Source of the DNA: Paramecium tetraurelia
Lineage: Eukaryota
Assembly: GCA_000165425.1 (NCBI GenBank)
Contig: CT868063.1
Coordinates: 372,001 to 436,000 of the forward strand
Reading direction: 5' to 3'
DNA length: 64,000 nt
Below, one piece after another: positions 54,931-64,000 of this stretch. Both the position numbers and the translations under genes were made by a program. Numbering within the stretch: position 1 is the stretch's first letter; each line of letters opens with the position of its first letter. The notes under the pieces are model-generated. The model was not told the origin of the DNA and did no database searches. It saw nothing but the letters and a program-made list of their open reading frames with translations.

Positions 54931-55566
54931 TCAATAATCATCTTCATCAATTTCGTTTTCCTTTTCTTCTTATTCAATGACACGCTATTTCAGAATATAA
55001 AACAATCTATCTTCTCCTTTTTTATCTTCTTCTCCTATTAATTATTAATTTCTTCTAAATCTAAAATCTCTTTTATAAAACATACCCTCTTAATGATATA
55101 ATAGGTGATGATTCGCAATCCGTTTAGTAGGCCCTTTTCGATTTTTTTTAATTTTGAAACATCTCTAAGAAATATTTCTGATCTATTTCTGAAATCACAC
55201 TGTAATCAGGTGATTTGGGTATGTTTTCTTCTGTGTAGTCAATTGAATCATCAAATTGCTTGTTCATTTTTTTGTTTAATTTCTTTTAGCTTTTTTTCTT
55301 TTAAATTAAACTATTCATACCAGATCTTGTATCACATCATTTAATTGAGGCTTATTATGATCCAGACTTTTTTGGCTGGATGCTTTTTTTTTTTATTTTA
55401 TTTCGGTCTTTTCAGGTTCAATTTGTTTTTCTTCTTTTTATTATTAATTTAAAAGGTATAAACAAGATAGGAGACTTATGCCAAACAAAATTTAAGGAGT
55501 AGATTCTTTAACAACTGAAAAAGATAAGGATAATTTCTGTTGAAAAGTTTATAATAATGTTTGCAT
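54931..55566 (-). CDS. Hypothetical protein with an N-terminal hydrophobic anchor
   Basis: MQTLLQ...QILFGISLLSCLYLL, acidic C-terminus; introns not fully resolved. Confidence 0.6.
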
Positions 55567-55588
55567 TTTATTATTAATTATAAAAAAG

Positions 55589-57505
55589 ATGCTATCTATT
55601 TCTAATACCTAAAAATCTTTATAAGTGCATTCGCAAAAGCATTTACATAGAAAAAACTTGTATTCCAGAAACTTAACACTGGACAATGTTGATGCAAATA
55701 AATTGAGAGTCAAATATATTATGCATGATAAGGAAAGTTTATAAGAAGAAATTCAGAATTTGAAATAAGAGAACAACCAATTGAAATTAACATTGAAATA
55801 GTTCTAATCATAAATTTAATATTTTAAGAGAGAATTGCAATCAATCTCGAAAGATGAAGACACACCCCCAAAAAGCTTCTCTAAGTTAAAACAAGGCTAC
55901 CTGGAAAAAATCACTCGACTTGAAGTATTTTAATACTATCTCATTTTAGGATGATAATATTAGATTATAATAATAGTTAGAGGAATAGCAATAATATATT
56001 TAATAACTATAAAATCCCTTTAATAAAAGCAATGTTGAAAATCTATGCATGACACTAAGTGAGGATAATATGAAGCTCAATCAATTGATTTAACAGCATT
56101 AATAATCAGCAGATCAAACCTAAGTATTTAAGTAAATTAAATTTAGATTTAATTACAATAAGATGAATATCAAATATAATGCAATATTAAATAAGTATAA
56201 ATAATTGAAAAACCTAAATGGCTAATTACTTTTGGAGATAGCAGAATTAAAGAAAAAGGATACTTTGTATCTCGAAAGACCGTAATAAAAGGATAATAAA
56301 AAGGTAGAAGAACAGTTGTAGTTGGATTTTGACCAAGCTCTTGTCGATCTTAGAAATGAAAGGTAGAAAAAACAAATACTTAGAAAATATGATGTAAAAG
56401 ATTCAAGCTGAAAATCAAGAATAAATTGAAAATCTCGAAAAAAAATTATCTGACCAAGAGAGACAGTATGAAGCCCTGTAAAAAGAATATGACTTAGAGA
56501 AATCATAAAAGTATCAATCTAAAAGAACTATACTAATAAAGAATAATGGACCCTAATAGCCAGAAGAATAAGTTTAGTAACAGGAGGAAAATGAATTGCA
56601 GAAGAAGAAAATTATCAATGTTGATAAAAATGACATTATGACTATAGCTAGACATGTAAAATTGAATCTTATTGGATTAAAAATCTCCTTGTAAGAAGTT
56701 GAATAGTATCTCTTAACTCATGAAAATTTAACCCAACATGAACTCAAATAAAATTTGTCCAATAGAATCTTTGGTCTCTAATCACTTGAATAAATTGAAA
56801 TGGCGGCCATCTATTTAGCCGATGTTGATAATGAAACTGAAACAACTACTAGTGCTAGAGTAAAAAGTATTTTTAAAACACTTATGGAAAACTACTAAAT
56901 ATTAACACAACAACAATTAAATAGCATCAATTCGTAAATTATGAAAAAAAAAAATGAAATTTCAGATATATTAATAAAGAAATATCCAGAAACATATACA
57001 AATGGGTATATTAATATTGATGTAAATTATTGGAATATTTTAGATTTATTTAGATGTTTTGTAATAAGTTGAAATTGCATTAAGTAAGCTAGAAATTGAT
57101 CATTTCTATGCTCTCATTACTAAATAAAATCGAAACCAAAAGATTCTTCTCTAACAAATCTATTCTCCATTTGATGTCAATTAGAATGAAGAAGATAATT
57201 CAGAAGAGCAACCACAAATAAATTTGAATAATGATGTACCAACCAGTCAATTAAATGAAGTCCACAATAAACATTAATAAGAATCAGTCAATTTTATAAA
57301 GGATAATAATCAAACAGAGAATGTAAATAATTAAAACAAAAATGAATTGAAAAATAGAGAGACAGACGGAATAGAATAGTAGGAACTCTAAGATGGTGAA
57401 TAACAATCACTAGAGGAGAAAGACACATTTTAGGATATCCAAAATGGCGATCCAGATTTGAAAATGACTGATTCGTAAGAAATTAAGAAAAAAAAGTTAA
57501 CCTGA
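55589..57505 (+). CDS. Long coiled-coil hypothetical protein; apparent +1 indel in the A-run near 56370
   Basis: DKESLQEEIQNLKQENNQLK...; frame continues if one A is removed. Confidence 0.7.
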
Positions 57506-57530
57506 TTTATTATAATTTTGAATTTAAATA

Positions 57531-58700
57531 ATGGATTACCGATTAGATCGAAATGTAAACAAAATTATAGATCATTATAATAACAACATAACAGATTGAT
57601 TAATTTATGCATATGAACCAAATCCTCAGTATCCAGCACAATATTATAATAGAATATTAAGACCATTCAAGATTAATGATGAGGAGTAAACAATTCTTTT
57701 CTTCAAAATGAGATGATTCTTCTAGAGAAAAAAGTAGACGTAGTAGTTTGTAAATTCAATTTAGGAGATACATTTGCAAATACTATGGCAAGGAATTTTA
57801 AGAAATGTAAAATATGAGAGTAATAGGATTTTATACTAAGAATTAAAATTTATTATCTAAAGATAACCATAAAAGATTTATGAATATAAAACAAAGAATT
57901 AGGAAACAAGATAAAGATCAAAGAATAATAAATTAAAGTACTATAATCGGAAAATAGATTACTACATAATAATTAATTAAGGGTGATTATGCCACTATGT
58001 TAGCAAAATTTGTTAAATTGGAAAAAATTTTATTCTTCAATAAATTTGCTTGATAATTATCAGCTTCCTTAAAGATTAATACCATTTAGCTAATGTAACA
58101 GATTTATTAAATTATACAGTAATGAAATAATATTCAATTAAAGCATAGCTAATTATCTAATAATCTGTTGAAATAAATAAAGAGAGACTTAGATATATAA
58201 ATATTTCATTTCATTAGTTAAAAACAATTATAACAACTGACTTTAAAGATGAATATTGATAGATAATTTAATATTTAAATAAATAAAAGCAAAATGCTTT
58301 CTAAAATAATCTCGAGTAAGTGAAGATCCACAAAAAAATTAGTTTAAAAAAATTGCGAGTATCTAATGAAAGTGTTATTATCGATTTAACTAAATTAATA
58401 AGGAAATAAAGAAAATTTGGATGAAATTCAAATGAGATCTAAAGTTAAATCATTATTTTTCATAAACAGAGAAAAAAAATAAAACCATATATAATATCAA
58501 TTTTTTAGGGTGAAGATAGAATATAATTAATAGATTACAATTAATAATCATAAAAAATACAAAATCTCAAAAATTTTTAAGACAAACTAATTATATAAGT
58601 CACTCCAAGAAAATTAAAATTAAGGATCTTGGATTATATTAATTTTTTAATAAAACACATAATATATTTTGATAAAAGTGAATAAAAATATAACAAATGG
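57531..58700 (+). pseudogene. Probable decayed gene
   Basis: ATG followed by protein-like segments interrupted by TGAs and frame switches. Confidence 0.35.
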
Positions 58701-58871
58701 TATTTTAATCTACTTAACCCATACTTATACCATAATGGTTTAATCATATCCTCATTATTAAATACGACATATAAAAATAGATATTTTGGAAATGAATAAA
58801 TCAAAGTGATAGATAAATATATCACTCTTAAGATTACTTATTTTTTGTATTTCTACTAATAATTTTCTCAT

Positions 58872-59556
58872 TCAATTATTAATATTGAAGTTTAAGAAGT
58901 TATAACTCCTACTATCTTTGAGCTATTTCAGCATCTAATTAATTTAAATCCAGTTTTGAGTGTACTTATTATCTGTTGCTTTTGCTATCAGATTGAGATA
59001 AGTTTTTTTCATTTTTATTGGGATTAGACCCTTGATGTTGATGCTGCTATGAAGACTATCTTGTTTTATTTTGTTTATCGTATTAGATTAATTACTAGAT
59101 AAAACCAAAGTTAGGTTTAACTTAAGGTCTTTTTGAAACGACATAATTTAATGCTGTTTAAAATCCCCATTAGAATTTAAACATTAAATAAGCTATAATC
59201 ACAGATGCACTTCTAGAGATGCCAGCAAAACAATGCACCATAACATTGGTATGTTATCTATGTTATTCGATAAATTGATTTGTTTAAGGAAAATATTCTT
59301 AAATATTTTATTAGGTGCAATCTGGAATATTAATTACTTCATGTATAATATAAGCTGAGGCATCTACTTTTGGTTCATCAATGACGCTTAATAAAGCTCC
59401 AATTTACAAGGATTGTAAAAGATCTAAGCTTAATGCACAATCAATGTCAGCTAAATATAATCCTGCACTTAGAATTTAATAAGTATTTTACATGTAAACA
59501 TTATTTTTGAGAATTGGTTCAAGGATACAATCCCATTTGTTTAATTGTTGGATCAT
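58872..59556 (-). CDS. Dual-specificity protein phosphatase
   Basis: GLYLADID, IPDCT, VMVHCFAGISRSASVIIAYLM, RPQVKPNFGFIQQL; 3' end uncertain. Confidence 0.9.
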
Positions 59557-59604
59557 TAACAGACAAATATTTTAATTATAAAAATAATAATAGTCAACAG
59601 GTGA

Positions 59605-61047
59605 TCATATTTATTTGACATTAATAACTATGTCATCCTGATTTAATTCATTATATGTTTAGAATGATAGTTAATTGTCTTTATCTTTTTCAAGATTGGG
59701 AACAATAGTAGCTTATTCATTAATGTTTTTTTTGGGTAAAACTAGAATTTAGTTGGGATGCCTATAACAAGTAAATCTAAGATATAGATGAGGAGTACTA
59801 TTTATTATAAGATTTGCCTTTTTCTTTTAATTAAACATAAAGAAGAACTCTGCCAATTTGATAGAGAACTTTTTATGGGTATTATAATTCATATCTAAGT
59901 AATCTCTCTGATTATGCATGTAATAAAGTTCCAAATTTGGAATTATTATCCTACACAAGTAATTTATATCTATTATCCTCTGACTTAATAACTTTAATGA
60001 TAGCGTGACTTCTCGAAACAGAAATATCTTTCAATTTGATATCACAATCAGGTACTCTACCAATTTTTATTTCTTATTTATCAAGCAATTCCATGACTTG
60101 AATAGTGCCTTCTTTAGATCTACCATCTGATGTTATTTTCCAGACAATATATGGAACAACGGGTTTTTGTATTTACATAATGCAAAATATTTGACCCTAG
60201 TATGTGTAAGTGCTTTAAAGCTGCATCTTACAAATTTCGCATTCCATTTTCTTCCAAATGTATTGTATTGACGAATGCTGATTTTTAATTTTAATTGATT
60301 ACTGAATCCAAATTTATAGACAATTAAGATGGACATATTTCATTGAGCCGGTACCTGATCTAAATAATAGTGAATGTTACATTTGCAAGGACTAAAGAGA
60401 GGATTAGAGAAGGAACCACTCTTACTGAAACATATTCTGCATTGGCTTGCTTCAAGTTCTAAATCTTTGGATTATTATTCATCATCCTCTTCTGCTTATT
60501 CTTTTGATTGTTGTAGAGCATCAATATCATAATTGATTTCCAGCAGCTGCAATTTCATTCTTCCTAATTTGATCATATCTCCCTTTTGGAGTTCCCATTC
60601 CTTTATTTAAGTTGATGATTACATTCAATGATTCAAAATCAGGTCTATTGCATAATATAGCCCATACTCTTTGATCTGATTTTTGACTCATCCCAGACAA
60701 CATCATATAATTTTATTCGCAATCAACTCTGAGCAATTGAATTTATTTATTTACATATTCCTGTTTTATAATAGTGAGAATTTTATACATTATCTGTCAA
60801 TGCGATAATTTAGTTGTCCACCATTGAAAGAGTTGCTAATTATTTTGAATAACACTTACCTGAAAAATCTAATTCTATTTCCTTTTTAGCAGCCAAATTG
60901 CTCTCAAAATCGAATAAATTATGACTTTCTTTATTCCAAATGAATGCAGTTATGCAAACCCTAACAAAGCAATGATTCATTAATATACTTGTAGGGTACT
61001 ATTTAAATGTTCTCATCCACTTTTTTTTTTGATGTACATATCCCCAT
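59605..61047 (-). CDS. FHA-like - RINGv (C4HC3) - FHA protein with an N-terminal acylation motif
   Basis: MGICTSKKK; LQKGDMIKLGR; CRIC...PCKCTGSMKYVHLNCLQIW; IGRVPDCDIKLKDISVSRSHA...DNNSKFGT. Confidence 0.88.
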
Positions 61048-61074
61048 TATAATTTAATAAATAATAATAATATA

Positions 61075-62784
<1,710 letters not shown>

Positions 62785-62907
62785 ATTTAATTTGAAATTA
62801 TTAATAGACTTTTTTTTGTTTATAAATATTATCTTTAACAAAAACCTATATATGAGAACATCAATCACAAATTTATTGATTAAATTTAAATGAATGAATT
62901 ATAGAAA

Positions 62908-63597
62908 TCATAATTTTTTCTTCTTCTTCTTCATTAAATTTGCCATGTTTTTTTCCCAATTTGGAGGCAATTTTGGTAATTATTTTTCATTATCAGGGAG
63001 ATTTGTCATCGCGCATTCTAATCGCTTTTCAAAATCTTTAATTTCGTCCACTCCTTATTCACATTAACTATAAGTAAGCCAATTAGTCATCAAATCTTGG
63101 TGAGTTGTGATTTTTGGTTTAAAGTATTGAAATATTTGAGAACAAAAGTGAGGTTCAATTGTTTGATTGAATTTGTAGATTCTGCATATTTCCCTTAATG
63201 CCATATTTATCTTATTGTCTTAGAAGATCCTATCCTAAAATTTTTGACGATGGTATTCTTGAATCTAAAAAATCAATGTTAATCATTACTTTAAAACTAA
63301 AGCTCAATTGCTAATACTTCCCGAGTTCTTATGCTATATTTTGAATTCTCATCCAGTGACTATTCACTTGTTCCAAATAAAATTTTGCAGAATCGTAATC
63401 ATTATAACAATAATTGCATAAATTCTTTTGTACTGTCTAATTGTTATCAAATTTTTTACATCTAGGTAATCTTGAACGTACAGTTCCATCAGACCATTGA
63501 ATTCATCGTAAGAACAGTGATCTACTTTCTCTTTCACATTTTCATAACACTCACCTTAATAGTATAACTCTTGAAATGCTTAATTTATTTAATCCAT
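62908..63597 (-). CDS. Hypothetical protein with a basic C-terminus (KKKKKKL*)
   Basis: Code-6 ORF with two tiny introns. Confidence 0.65.
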
Positions 63598-63616
63598 TTA
63601 TAATATTAAAGTATTA

Positions 63617-64000
63617 ATGAAATCGCAAGCTAGATTGCTATTAGATAAAATGAATTGCTCTCAATTAAACATTAAACATAAATAAAAACCATCCACATAA
63701 TTTAAGTTAATGGTTTTGAGATACAACTGGAGTTTAGCAATCAATAAACTGCAGAAAATCATAATTAAAAGATGTCATCAACCTTTATTGAATCTTTAGG
63801 AAGAAAGCTAAAACATGAAAAAATCCAGATCTCAATAGCCAAGCCTTTTGTTAACAAACAAAATATTTTCACATCTACGATATCATTCCCATGTTGTATA
63901 ATCTGATTCCAGAAGCGAAGAAGAAATATCTACAAAAAGGCAAGAAGAACTCGAATCAACTTAAAAAAATAGTAATAGATGTGAGAAAGCACAGAAAACA
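63617..64000 (+). CDS. Hypothetical protein, 5' part only
   Basis: MKSQARLLLDKMNCSQL..., open to the window end. Confidence 0.6.

Noticed and set aside
62908..63597. Cullin N-terminal repeat resemblance
   Set aside because: Similarity is too weak to support without a profile search

Overview
AT-rich, gene-dense ciliate macronuclear DNA, almost certainly Paramecium. TAA/TAG read as Gln, TGA is the only stop, introns are about 20-31 nt GT...AG, and intergenic spacers are often under 80 nt. The supplied standard-code ORF track is therefore mostly fragments or antisense artefacts, and all models here were re-read by hand with translation table 6. Boundaries are approximate where introns are ambiguous. 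About 35 genes are present. Recognisable products are FOR20, PPP2R3C/TON2, a CDKL5/LF5-like kinase, proteasome alpha-1, a CRAL-TRIO protein, a TM-RING ligase, an INTS4-like protein, an RMI1-like OB protein, a cNMP-binding protein, a trichocyst matrix protein, a laforin-like pseudophosphatase, an Enhancer-of-zeste-like SET protein, EMC4, a MYND-kinase, an amino-acid transporter, SF-assemblin, a DSP, an FHA-RINGv-FHA protein and a CaMK-like kinase. Three things stand out. (1) A ~12.5 kb gene encodes a ~4,100-aa secreted protein with two tandem-repeat arrays and ten ~210-aa LamG-like domains. (2) Four tandem, otherwise dissimilar small genes share one C-terminal motif. (3) FOR20 lies 46 nt from the TON2/PPP2R3C PP2A subunit. 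There are several likely pseudogene tracts, a 150-N gap and a few single-base insertions that are probably assembly errors. No rRNA, tRNA, transposon or CRISPR was recognised.
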